64,000 nucleotides of DNA. Source: Dehalococcoidia bacterium (GTDB lineage Bacteria; Chloroflexota; Dehalococcoidia; Plut-88900). Both the position numbers and the translations under genes were made by a program. Where the stretch lies: assembly GCA_965197585.1 (NCBI GenBank), contig OZ240215.1:1504001-1568000 (forward strand). The letters are read 5' to 3'. Below are positions 28,917 through 38,139 of this stretch, piece after piece. The notes under the pieces are model-generated. The model was not told the origin of the DNA and made no database searches. It saw only the letters and a list, made by a program, of their open reading frames with translations. The number at the start of each line of letters is the position of its first letter. Position 1 is the stretch's first letter.

Positions 28917-30191
28917 CTACCCCACCCCCAACACCCGCCGATACAGCAGCAGATTGTCCCTCAACACCCGAGTAATCAGAAAATTCTCCCTCACATGCTC
29001 CCGAGCCTGTCGCCCCATTTCCTCCGCCATTGCCGAGTCCTGCAAAACACGCAACGCCCTATCCGCACACTCCTCCGTCGACTCAATAAGAAATCCGGTC
29101 TTGCCATCCAGTACCTGAAGCGTCAGCCCACCCGCCCGACCCGCGATCACCGGCTTCCCGTGCCACAGCGACCCCGTCGCGCTCAGCCCGAACCCCTCCC
29201 TCGTCGACTTCTGTACCATCACCCGCGCCAGGGTCTGCACAGCGTTCACCTCCCTGTCCGTCATCCCCTTGAAGTTCGTGATCAGGTGGACGTCCGGGTC
29301 CTCCCCTGCGCGCCGGGCCGTCTTCTCGAAGAACCCGAGACCCTCAGGATCATCCGCTGCCGTCGGCCCTATCATTATCAGCTGGATCCCGGGTACCTGC
29401 TCCTTCACCAGCCGATAAGCATCCACGACACCCAACGGGTCCTTCCAAGGGTCGAACCTCGACACCTGCGCCATAATCGGCCTCTCCGGGTCGACCCCGA
29501 AGGGTTCCAACACCCGCGCTGCCTCAATCCATGTCAAAGGCACATTCTTCTCGTCCAGTGGATCGATCCCCGGCGCCGAGACCACCGCAGTCGGCCCTCC
29601 ATACCCCCCGATGATGAACTCCTCCATGCTGAACTCCGCGGCATCATACAGCCGGATGTAGTCCTGGATGTTGGCCCACACGTCGGGTTGAGCGTCCGTA
29701 AGGTCGATATGGCACCGCCATATCCACTTCGTTTCGCTGCCGCGACAGTCTCCCAGGAAGTGCAGAATGGGCGCAGGTTGAGGATCGTGGACGAAGACGA
29801 TGTCGTATTCCGCGTACAGGTCTCGGGCGTTCCTCCGGTTGTATTCCAGCCACGTTTCCCACATATCCGCCGTCCACTCAACCCGCTTCCCCTGCAGGCT
29901 GTTGTGCATGCTCTTGGTCACGTCGAAGAACGGCGCCTCACCCCTGATCGTCCGCCACTCCGCCTCGACACCCACGTCGTTCAAAAGTGGAATCAGCGCC
30001 TCGAAGATATCTGCGACACCCCCGCCGCTCGGCGAGGAGTTGAGGTGCAGGACCGTCTTGCCCTTTAGCCCGGCAGCCAGCTCCCGAATCTCCTCCACAG
30101 GCCCCGGCCCCGTGACCGCCGCGTAATCTTTCAGCCGCCTGTGGCCCACCTCCCTCACCGGCAGGCTCGTCTTCCTGGTCTTCTCTGTCAC
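28917..30191 (-). CDS. treT: GT4 glycosyltransferase, trehalose synthase TreT-like
   Basis: GGGVA, FFDVTKSMHNSLQG, HDPQP, WRCHID, QVSRFDPWKDP, QKSTREGFGL; GTG start after GAGGAG. Confidence 0.85.
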   Translation of the reverse strand: MTEKTRKTSLPVREVGHRRLKDYAAVTGPGPVEEIRELAAGLKGKTVLHLNSSPSGGGVADIFEALIPLLNDVGVEAEWRTIRGEAPFFDVTKSMHNSLQGKRVEWTADMWETWLEYNRRNARDLYAEYDIVFVHDPQPAPILHFLGDCRGSETKWIWRCHIDLTDAQPDVWANIQDYIRLYDAAEFSMEEFIIGGYGGPTAVVSAPGIDPLDEKNVPLTWIEAARVLEPFGVDPERPIMAQVSRFDPWKDPLGVVDAYRLVKEQVPGIQLIMIGPTAADDPEGLGFFEKTARRAGEDPDVHLITNFKGMTDREVNAVQTLARVMVQKSTREGFGLSATGSLWHGKPVIAGRAGGLTLQVLDGKTGFLIESTEECADRALRVLQDSAMAEEMGRQAREHVRENFLITRVLRDNLLLYRRVLGVG

Positions 30192-30221
30192 CTGGATCTC
30201 CTCGTGGGCTTCGCACAAGAC

Positions 30222-30250
30222 GAGGCGCTCGCCTTTGCCGCGAGCGCCTC
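30222..30250. terminator. 11-bp GC hairpin between the DUF35 gene and treT (possible terminator)
   Basis: gaggcgctcgc-ctttgcc-gcgagcgcctc; only a weak U tract. Confidence 0.4.
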
Positions 30251-30301
30251 CCCTGCAGTCCCGTCTTCTTTTATTTTGCTTATGTCGACTCGTTTGCTAT
30301 G

Positions 30302-30721
30302 TCAGGCTGGATGGAATACCAGGCTCTTCTTTGCCCCTTCTCCCTCACCCTCCTCTTTGAACCCAGCCATAACCTGCATCCCAATCGACACCGCACCCGG
30401 GTCCGCCGCATCGAACCCATCAAGCATAGCTGTGATGCCGGGTCCTTCTTCGGTCTGGACTACCGCACTCAAATACGGCTTGTCCCGACCGTAACCCTTG
30501 GCCGCCATGCCCGTCGGCACGATGGTAATGGCAGTGAACCCGATAATCTTGCCCTTGCCGCTCAGCTCTTTCCAACCCATGTCCGTGCCGTGGCACTCGG
30601 GGCAAACGGGCCGGGGAGGCAGGTACAGGATGTCGCACTTCTCACAGCGGGAAGCCATCAGCTTCCCTTCGGAGACGTGCTGGTTGTAGCTGGAAATCGT
30701 AAAGTCGCTTTGCTCCATCAT
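30302..30721 (-). CDS. DUF35 zinc-ribbon/OB-fold protein (thiolase partner)
   Basis: CEKC...PPRPVCPEC, SGKGKI, PY..AVV..EEG; overlaps the thiolase stop. Confidence 0.9.
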   Translation of the reverse strand: MMEQSDFTISSYNQHVSEGKLMASRCEKCDILYLPPRPVCPECHGTDMGWKELSGKGKIIGFTAITIVPTGMAAKGYGRDKPYLSAVVQTEEGPGITAMLDGFDAADPGAVSIGMQVMAGFKEEGEGEGAKKSLVFHPA

Positions 30722-31998
30722 GATTTTCGCTCCATGATGTGCACCGCACAGGTCCCGCCCGTGCCCCCGACATTATGCGTGAGCCCCAACCTTAGGTCCT
30801 TGTCCTTCAATTGCCTGTCACCGGCTCGTTCGGTAAGCTGCATCCACATCTCAAGCACTTGCCCTGCGCCCGTGGCCCCTACCGGATGGCCCTTCGACTT
30901 CAGTCCGCCCGACACGTTCACCGTGCAGGGCGCTTCACGAGAAGTCTGCCCTTCGGCTGCGGCGAATGCGCCCTTGCCCGGCTCGAACAGCCCAATGTCC
31001 TCGATCCCGATGATCTCGGCGATGGTGAAGCAATCGTGCACTTCCGCCATGTCTAGGTCGCTTGGCGAGATGCCGGCCATTTCAAAGGCTTGGCGCGCGG
31101 CAATCCGCGCCGATGGTATCGAAGTGATGTCTCCGGCCCATGTCGCCAGGGGGCCGGCGCTGGCCTGCGCGGTCGCAACTACGCTTACAACTTCATCGGT
31201 GTACTCCCGAGCCACGTCCTCCGCAGCCAGGATTATGCAGGCCGCGCCGTCGGTAACGGGCGAGCAGTCGAATAGGTGAAGCGGAGATGCCACCTGTGGG
31301 TTGGCCCGGGGGTCGTTCAGGAATTCGAACTCATCTGTCCATGTGGGCACCGGCCTGCCTCGCTTTGCCGCACTTGCCTTCCGCCTCTCCATGAAGTCGG
31401 CAATCGACACGTTGAACTGTGCCTTCGGGTTAAGCGCCCCGTTTCGATGGTTCTTGATCGCCACGTGCATCAGGTGTTCGCGCGTCGCCCCATACCTGTC
31501 CAGATACGCCGACCCCATCGCCGCGTATAGGCCCGGGAACGTGAACTGCGCCTGGTCCAACTCCATCGGCACATCACTGGCCGCTGCCAGGGCGTCCTGG
31601 ACCTCTTCGGTGGCAAGAGAAGTCATCTTCTCCGTCCCTCCCACCAGCACAACGTCATACATCCCTGAGGCTATAGCCATGATGCCTTCACGGAATGCCA
31701 ACCCACTGCTCGCACAGGCTCCTTCCACCCTTGTAGCGGGTCTTGGCGCGAGTCCTACCCAGTCCGCCATCAGGTGGCCAAGGTGTCCCTGCCCTTCGAA
31801 CAGGTCCGCAGAGAAGTTGCCGACGTAGAGGGCCTCAATGGCCTCCGGGTCAATCCCCTTGCTCACGGAGCCGATGGCCTCGGAGTAAGCCTCTCCGAAA
31901 AGGTCTCGGGTGGTCTTCTCGGCAAAGGCCCCGAACTTCGACATGCCTCCACCTATTATGCTGACACCCCGCCCCAGCTTTCGTTTCTTGGCCGCCAT
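30718..31998 (-). CDS. SCP2-type/archaeal-type thiolase
   Basis: VEGACASSG, KNH.NG..NP.A, DCSPVTDGAA, EVHDCF, GGLKSKGHPVGATG, HNVGG. Confidence 0.93.
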   Translation of the reverse strand: MAAKKRKLGRGVSIIGGGMSKFGAFAEKTTRDLFGEAYSEAIGSVSKGIDPEAIEALYVGNFSADLFEGQGHLGHLMADWVGLAPRPATRVEGACASSGLAFREGIMAIASGMYDVVLVGGTEKMTSLATEEVQDALAAASDVPMELDQAQFTFPGLYAAMGSAYLDRYGATREHLMHVAIKNHRNGALNPKAQFNVSIADFMERRKASAAKRGRPVPTWTDEFEFLNDPRANPQVASPLHLFDCSPVTDGAACIILAAEDVAREYTDEVVSVVATAQASAGPLATWAGDITSIPSARIAARQAFEMAGISPSDLDMAEVHDCFTIAEIIGIEDIGLFEPGKGAFAAAEGQTSREAPCTVNVSGGLKSKGHPVGATGAGQVLEMWMQLTERAGDRQLKDKDLRLGLTHNVGGTGGTCAVHIMERKS

Positions 31999-32059
31999 TG
32001 GCTCCTCCTTAGGCAGGTCTATTCCCCTGCGTTGCCTTGTTCGTTCTTGGTAGTCGAGG

Positions 32060-33541
32060 CTAGTCTTTGAGTTCTAGGGTCGTGACACTGCCCGTCGAAA
32101 GGGTAGCAACCCTGATTGCGTGATTGTTCGTGTCGGCAATGTACATCTTGCCGTTCGCAATGGCCAAACCTTCCGGCTCATAGAAGAGGGCCGCTCTGGC
32201 GGGTCCGTCCTCGAACCCCGTGTCCCCCAGCCCCGTGAAGCTCACGACAGCCTGGGTTAGAGGCTCGATCCGCTTGATCTTGTTGTTGTAGGTGTCCGTC
32301 ACGTACAGCATCCCCTCGTGCCAGCACACACCCTGCACGTGCTGAAGAAGTGCCCTGTCCCCGACTCCATCCTTGTCCCCGAAGTCGAACAGGCCCGTTC
32401 CCACAACCGTGCTCACCTTCCCCGATTCTCCTCGAGTTGCCGTGCGCACTGCGCTAGTCTCACTGTCCGCGAAGTAGATCGTATCGCCGTCAGTGTCTAT
32501 TCCCGTCGGCTGGGCCAGCATAGCGTTGCGGAGAGACCCATCCTTGATGCCCTCCCTGCCGCTTCCGGCAAATGGTCCCACGTACCCGGACTCCAGGTGC
32601 ATCACCCAAAGCTGGTGGAACCCCGCCATAGCGATGTAGAGCATCCCGTCCAGGCAGGTCAGGTCCCACGGCGAGTTCAAGGCTACCGACCCCACACCCC
32701 CATCGTGGAACATCCGCGCCTGCTCACCCGTCCCGGCTATCGTCTCCACCCGACGCTCCCGCAGGTCTATGCGACGGATGGCGTGGTTCTCCGTATCAGC
32801 CACGTACAAACTGTCGCCCGACAGGGTCAGACCATGAGGATGGTGGAATTTCGCATCGGCGTATTCACCATCCTCCAGCCCCACGTCCCCACCCCCGATC
32901 ACGTCCAAGATCTTCCCATCCAGGGAAATCGAGAGCACTCGGTTGTGGTTGGAGTCAGACACGAAAAGCCGAGACCCCTTCTCATCGGCGATGATCTTGC
33001 TCGGGAACGAGAGCGTTCCGCCCTCCTCCTTGTGCGCCGAAAGCCCTGGTATCGGGGTTCGGTCCAGCGTACCCCTCGCCTCAAACTCGGTAATCATGTC
33101 CCGGATCACCCTGTCGAAAGCATCGAAGGTAATCTCCCCCTCGTGCCTTCCCAAAATGTTCCCCTCAGGGTCGACCACGTAAAGCGTCGGCCAAGCCCTC
33201 GCTGAGTACTGGCTCCACACCCGGAAGTCCTTGTCGTTCACCACCGGGTGCTCCAGCTCGAATCGCCGGATCGCCTTCTCGATGTTGGCTGTGTCCTTCT
33301 CTGAGGTGAATTTGGCAGAGTGGACGCCCACCACCACCAGCTCCTCCTGGTATTTCTCTTCAAGTTTCCGCAACTGCGGAAATATGTGCATGCAGTTAAC
33401 TCAGCAGTATGTCCAGAAGTCCAGGATGACTATCTTGCCCTTCAGGTCCTCCATGCTCAAAGGGCGCTCGACGTTCAGCCAGTCGATGTCCCTCGGAAAA
33501 TCCGGGGCCTTTACGCTGCCTACCATAGTCTGTTGTGCCAT
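32060..33541 (-). CDS. Thioredoxin-like plus NHL-repeat protein (NHLRC2-like), probable selenoprotein (Sec at codon 47, TGA 33403-33401)
   Basis: [16 protein letters not shown]...[27 protein letters not shown] is in frame with ORF 32060..33391; the family motif is DFWTYCCINC; GAGGAG RBS before ATG 33541. Confidence 0.88.
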
Positions 33542-33591
33542 TACGGATTACTCCTCAGTTTTCCAAAGCGTCCCGATATCCGTTCGACTCA

Positions 33592-34572
33592 CTACCCGGT
33601 TACCCTGATCACCCACACGGCGGGAAGGCCGCTAGCAATTTGTTCCCAGCTGTCTCCCTCGTCCTCGCTCGCGAACAATTCCCCGTCAGTTGTGCCGGCG
33701 TAGACAGCGCCCGGTGTAACAGGGTCTGCAACCAGTCCCCTCACCATTGCATGGAGCCTGTCCGGCAACCCGTTCCCGAGCCTCTCCCAATTTGAGCCCG
33801 CATCTCGGCTCCTGTAGATCCGCGCCAGCGCTCCACCCGGCCCTCCGAAGGTTGTCGGGTTGTCCGCCGCTGCTCCTATGTACAGCAGATTGGGGTCGCG
33901 GCTGTCCAAGACGATGGGGTGAGTATATGGGTTGTCCATTCCACCCTGCAGGTGTTCCCAGTTCCGTGCCCCGTCCGTCGAGCGATAGAAACCGTCGCCC
34001 GTCGTGGAGTACATCACTTTCGAGTCCCGCGGATGGGAAAGGATATAGTGAATGTCTTCGTAGATGCCTTCGCCGTAGCTCTCCCACGTATCGCCGCCGT
34101 CCCGGCTCCGAATGAGTCCCCCCACCTCCACACCAGCGAACACCGTGTCCGGCTCATCCGCCACAAAGTCGAAGGTGCGAACATGGGAGATGAAGGGAGG
34201 TGCGGGGAACGACCACGTCGGGTAGGAAGGCAGATCTTTCACCGCCTTCAGCTCGACCCAGTTTTCACCCCCGTCCCGGCTCCTGAACACCGCCGCGGGC
34301 TCTGTGCCAGCAAACACGGTTCTTGTTTGATGAGGCGAGACGCCCAAACCTCTGATATCTCCCTCCAAACCCTGGGACCAAGGCCCGGATGGCGAGTCGG
34401 CCCAATAAACCCCGTCTCCCGTCACCCCCGCATATAGCCGCCCCGAGGCATCTATCTCCAGCTTCTGCACCCATTTCCCGTCCAACGACTCAGCGGACTT
34501 GGCCCACGCCCCGTTCTCTTTCTCCAACACAAGGAGTCCCGCATCCGTGCCCACCAACAACTTCTTACTCAT
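33592..34572 (-). CDS. BNR/Asp-box repeat beta-propeller protein
   Basis: Repeated SRDGGENW/SRDGGDTW/STDGARNW/SEDEGDSW; AGTEPA, GVEVGG. Confidence 0.85.
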   Translation of the reverse strand: MSKKLLVGTDAGLLVLEKENGAWAKSAESLDGKWVQKLEIDASGRLYAGVTGDGVYWADSPSGPWSQGLEGDIRGLGVSPHQTRTVFAGTEPAAVFRSRDGGENWVELKAVKDLPSYPTWSFPAPPFISHVRTFDFVADEPDTVFAGVEVGGLIRSRDGGDTWESYGEGIYEDIHYILSHPRDSKVMYSTTGDGFYRSTDGARNWEHLQGGMDNPYTHPIVLDSRDPNLLYIGAAADNPTTFGGPGGALARIYRSRDAGSNWERLGNGLPDRLHAMVRGLVADPVTPGAVYAGTTDGELFASEDEGDSWEQIASGLPAVWVIRVTG

Positions 34573-34660
34573 GCCTCACCTCCTGTTAGCTAGGTTCCTC
34601 CGTCGACCCGTTCACCCCAGTGCAACTACATTATCCCCTTTACGTGATGTACACAGCAAA

Positions 34661-34966
34661 TCACACTCTTTCCCTAGTCGCGACCCGCGACCTCGCTCTC
34701 TCAATCAGCCGACCACTCAAATACTTGTGAATCACGCTGGAAAGCAGTGTCTGATACGGGATACCTTCCTCCCTCGCCCGAGCATGGGCCAGATTGAAGT
34801 CGCGCTCCGTCACCCGAAGATTCACCCTTTTGGTCTTGTTGAACGTATTTCGTGCGGCCTCTCGGGCCCATTGTATTTCCTTCTCCTCATTGGCAACGGG
34901 CCGCAACTCTCCCCGCTCAAATCGCTCTAGTATGTCAAGCTCTTCTTCAGTCATTCTGTCCTTCAT
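34661..34966 (-). CDS. Antitoxin (BrnA/CopG-like)
   Basis: K.RVNLR, A..EGIPYQTL.SSV.HKY; overlaps the toxin gene. Confidence 0.85.
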   Translation of the reverse strand: MKDRMTEEELDILERFERGELRPVANEEKEIQWAREAARNTFNKTKRVNLRVTERDFNLAHARAREEGIPYQTLLSSVIHKYLSGRLIERARSRVATRERV

Positions 34967-35247
34967 TTTGTCCTCCTCCTTCGCCTTCTCGTCTCCCTGC
35001 TACTAGGGATTATCGTTTTAAGGAACGCACTCCCATCTTCTTGTCTCACAAATGGCACTAGATAAACATGCGCGTTCATTTCAACAACGTAGATTTGTTG
35101 CCCAGGATATCGAGCCTGGTTCGGGTGGTCCCGCACTGCCAATTGACCACCCAGTTCTAATGATGACACGATATGCTCGAATGATACTCCCCTCTGCTCG
35201 ATTAGTTGTTGATTCTTTTCTTCGTTCCATTCAAACCCTGAGTGCAT
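34963..35247 (-). CDS. BrnT-like type II toxin
   Basis: FEWNEEKNQQL..QRGVSFE, HPNQ.RYP.Q, LVPFV, FLKTIIPS. Confidence 0.85.
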   Translation of the reverse strand: MHSGFEWNEEKNQQLIEQRGVSFEHIVSSLELGGQLAVRDHPNQARYPGQQIYVVEMNAHVYLVPFVRQEDGSAFLKTIIPSSRETRRRRRRTK

Positions 35248-35385
35248 AGTGCAATAATCGCACTATGTGTGCATTTTGGCAACACCACATCAGACATTCA
35301 AGAACAAGTCATTGGGAGAACTGGCCCGATGTTTTTCCCTTGCCGTAAGGCTATTTTTGAAGTGGAGTGCCCCCACCCCTACCCC

Positions 35386-36558
35386 CTACCCCAGATACTC
35401 CAGCGCCGCCTCCGTCATCACTTTCAACCCGACCTCCAGCGCCCGCTCATCGAAACCAAACGTCCCGCTGTGATGGGGCCCGTATCCCCCCTCCTCATCC
35501 CCACCCCCGACAATGAAGTAGCACCCAGGCACTTCCTTCTGGAAGTAGGCCATGTCATCGCCGCCCATTGATGGTTCGCAGTCGATTACGTTTTCAGCTC
35601 CAATGGCCCGAGTCGCGGCACTGCGGACCAGGGCCGTCATTGCGGGTTCGTTCATGACCACCGGGCTCTGATAAATGTCCTCGAACGTGTACGACGCTCC
35701 CGCCGCGGCCGTAATACCGCTCAGCACTTCTTCAATACGACCCATAACCCTGTCCCGCGTCCCGTCATCAAAGGCCCGCACCGTGCCCTTTAGCTCGACC
35801 TCCTCAGGGATTATGTTGAACGCCGTCCCGCCCCTAATCATCCCGATGCTCAGCACCGCCGCTTCCAGGGCCCCTACGTTCCGACCCACTATCTGATGTA
35901 GCGCACTCACTGTCTGCCCCGCGACCAATATCGGGTCGATCAACGACTCCGGGTGGGCCGCGTGACCGCCGGTCCCCTGGATTCTGATTGTGAACTCGTC
36001 CACGCTGGCAAACATGCCCCCCACCCTAACCCCCACCCTGCCGGCTTCAAGCCCATTGATGATGTGAAGGGCCAGGGCCGCATCGACTTTCGGGTCCTCC
36101 AGCGCGCCCGACTCTATCATCCCCAGGGCCCCGCCCGCGGTCTCCTCCGCCGGCTGGAAAGCGAACTTAACGTTCCTCTTAAGCTTTCCCCTCATCCCCG
36201 CCAACACCGACGCCACTGACATAGCCACGGCTACGTGTCCGTCGTGGCCTCAGGCATGCATCTTCCCCGGCTCACGAGAGCAATAGTCCGCATCGTTGTC
36301 CTCCTCGACAGGCAAAGCGTCCATGTCCGCCCTAATGAGCAACGTCTTCCCACCCGACCCCCCTCTCAGCAGTCCTGTAACCCCCGTACCCCCCACCCCA
36401 GTCTTCACCTCCAGCCCCAGTTCCCTTAACCCATCTGCCACCATCCCCGCCGTCCTCTCCTCCTCGAAAGACAACTCCGGGTGGCTGTGAATGTCCCTCC
36501 GAAGTGCCACCATTGAGGGTATAACTTTCTCGTATGCGTGGCTCAGGTCTAGCGTCAT
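35386..36558 (-). CDS. M20D (Acy1/HipO/IAA-amino-acid hydrolase-like) amidohydrolase, probable selenoprotein (Sec at codon 103, TGA 36252-36250)
   Basis: RRDIHSHPELSFEE, RADMDALP, GKMHA-TGA-GHDGH, FQPAEE, GGHAA.P, PHH in one frame joining ORFs 36250..36594 and 35386..36228; AGGAG RBS before ATG 36558. Confidence 0.82.
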
Positions 36559-37058
36559 GGAAATTCTCCTTGAATATGGACTGGTGCAGCCCAAGGCTAA
36601 GCGGATTCTATATCACGCCCCGAGCCCCATCCAATACCCCCACCCCACCCCTCTATGGAGGCAACCCTTGTGGTTATCCTGCCTGTTCCCTCCGCAATTC
36701 CCGCGCACCGACACGGGAATCCAGAAATGGCCTACTCGCGTTGGCTTTGCTTTGTGACATCAGCCCCTTGCCCCACCCCACACCTCATCCTCCATAATGC
36801 TCCCATGCCCACGCACATTTCCTTCCCCTCCCATCGGTATCCTTTCCCTCGGGAAAACGCGTGTAGAAACGTTTTCTTTCCGCAGATCAATCAAAGCAGG
36901 CACGAGTTTTGATTGTAACAATCAAAACTTCCCATTTTGACCAGATGCGAGTCCCGTCCATAGCCCTCTCCACCTGCGCCCCCCGCCCCTTGACCCCCGA
37001 CCATGTGCGCGGTAATCTATTTCTAGGTATTCGCTAGACAGCAAGTCAGGAGAACCAA

Positions 37059-37400
37059 ATGGTAAGCCTAACCCCTCTGGCCCTTGAAAAAGTCAAGGAG
37101 TTCATCGCCGAGCAGAGCGAAGAAGAAATCTCGCTTCGCGTCATGATCGCCGGCATGGGCTGCGGCGGACCCCAGTACATGATGTCCCTGGACAACGAAA
37201 TCTCCGCCGAGGACCTCACCGTTGAGCAAGACGGCTTGACCGTTGTCTACGACCCCGAGAGCGCTCCCATGCTTGACGGCTCACAGATCGACTACATCGA
37301 GACTCTGGAGCGCTCCGGCTTCACCGTCAACAACCCCAACTTCCAGAGCGGTGGCGGAGGCGGCTGCGGTGGCAACTGCGCCTGCGGCCGAGGCGGCTAA
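37059..37400 (+). CDS. IscA/HesB-family A-type Fe-S carrier
   Basis: LT..A, LRV...GCGG..Y, IDY, GF.VNNPN, C-terminal CGGNCACG. Confidence 0.92.
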   Translation: MVSLTPLALEKVKEFIAEQSEEEISLRVMIAGMGCGGPQYMMSLDNEISAEDLTVEQDGLTVVYDPESAPMLDGSQIDYIETLERSGFTVNNPNFQSGGGGGCGGNCACGRGG

Positions 37401-37434
37401 TCCCCGACCTCACATAATCGGCCTTGACGAAAAC

Positions 37435-37464
37435 GGGCCCGCCGAATGGCGGGCCCTTTCTTTT
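37435..37464 (+). terminator. Rho-independent terminator
   Basis: gggcccgcc-gaat-ggcgggccc followed by tttctttt. Confidence 0.88.
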
Positions 37465-37517
37465 GATTGTGCATTAGTGTTATATTGGCATCATACCGCA
37501 GTCAAAAAGGAGTTACA

Positions 37518-37760
37518 ATGGCTGTAAATCTCTCCATTAGAGAAGTTCCCGACGATTGGGCTGAAAAGCTGAAAGAAAGGGCAAGGCGCAACCACCGCTC
37601 GCAGCAGGGAGAACTGCTTGCAATACTTGAAGAAGCCCTCAGACCCGGACGCCTATCTATAGAAGAGGTTCACCAAAAGATTCAAAGTATGCATTTACGC
37701 ACACCCGATGAATCTACCCAATGGATAAGGGAAGATCGAGATGCCGGGTATAGTAGCTGA
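37518..37760 (+). CDS. FitA/Arc-like RHH antitoxin
   Basis: NLSIREVPD...LKERARRNHRS.QGEL..ILEEA; AAGGAG RBS. Confidence 0.88.
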   Translation: MAVNLSIREVPDDWAEKLKERARRNHRSQQGELLAILEEALRPGRLSIEEVHQKIQSMHLRTPDESTQWIREDRDAGYSS

Positions 37761-38124
37761 TGCATCCGTCCTAGCCGCAATTGCCTTCGGAGAACCCAAT
37801 AGGTTGCAAGCACTTGCCCTCGTATCGGGCCATGAGATTCATGCTCCGTCCCTCATGGCATTTGAGATGGCCAACATTGCTTGGAAGAAGATTCTTAGAA
37901 ACCCTTCTCAACATCTGACTACATCAAAAGGGCTAGATGCGATGCTCAGCGGAGCTATCTATTGGACTAAAGTGGACTTCAATAAGACCCTCGAATTAGC
38001 CCTCGAGACTGGACTGACCGCCTACGACGCCAGTTGCCTCTACCTGGCTCAGACCCTCGGCATGCCGATAGCCACCTTCGACAGGAAATTGAGCTCCACA
38101 GCCCAGGCCCGAGGCATCTTCTAG
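37741..38124 (+). CDS. vapC: VapC PIN-domain toxin
   Basis: VADAS, E.AN, LTAYDA.., ATFDRKL; overlaps the antitoxin gene. Confidence 0.88.
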   Translation: MPGIVADASVLAAIAFGEPNRLQALALVSGHEIHAPSLMAFEMANIAWKKILRNPSQHLTTSKGLDAMLSGAIYWTKVDFNKTLELALETGLTAYDASCLYLAQTLGMPIATFDRKLSSTAQARGIF

Positions 38125-38139
38125 CCCCCCACCCGACCC

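Noticed and set aside
35386-36594. Calling the three TGA-split genes pseudogenes
   Set aside because: Each TGA falls on a conserved Cys/Sec codon with intact frames and downstream hairpins; recoding is more parsimonious, though unproven for the M20 gene
37059-37400. HesB-like protein as a fourth selenoprotein
   Set aside because: The motif is encoded as TGC (GCGG); there is no in-frame TGA
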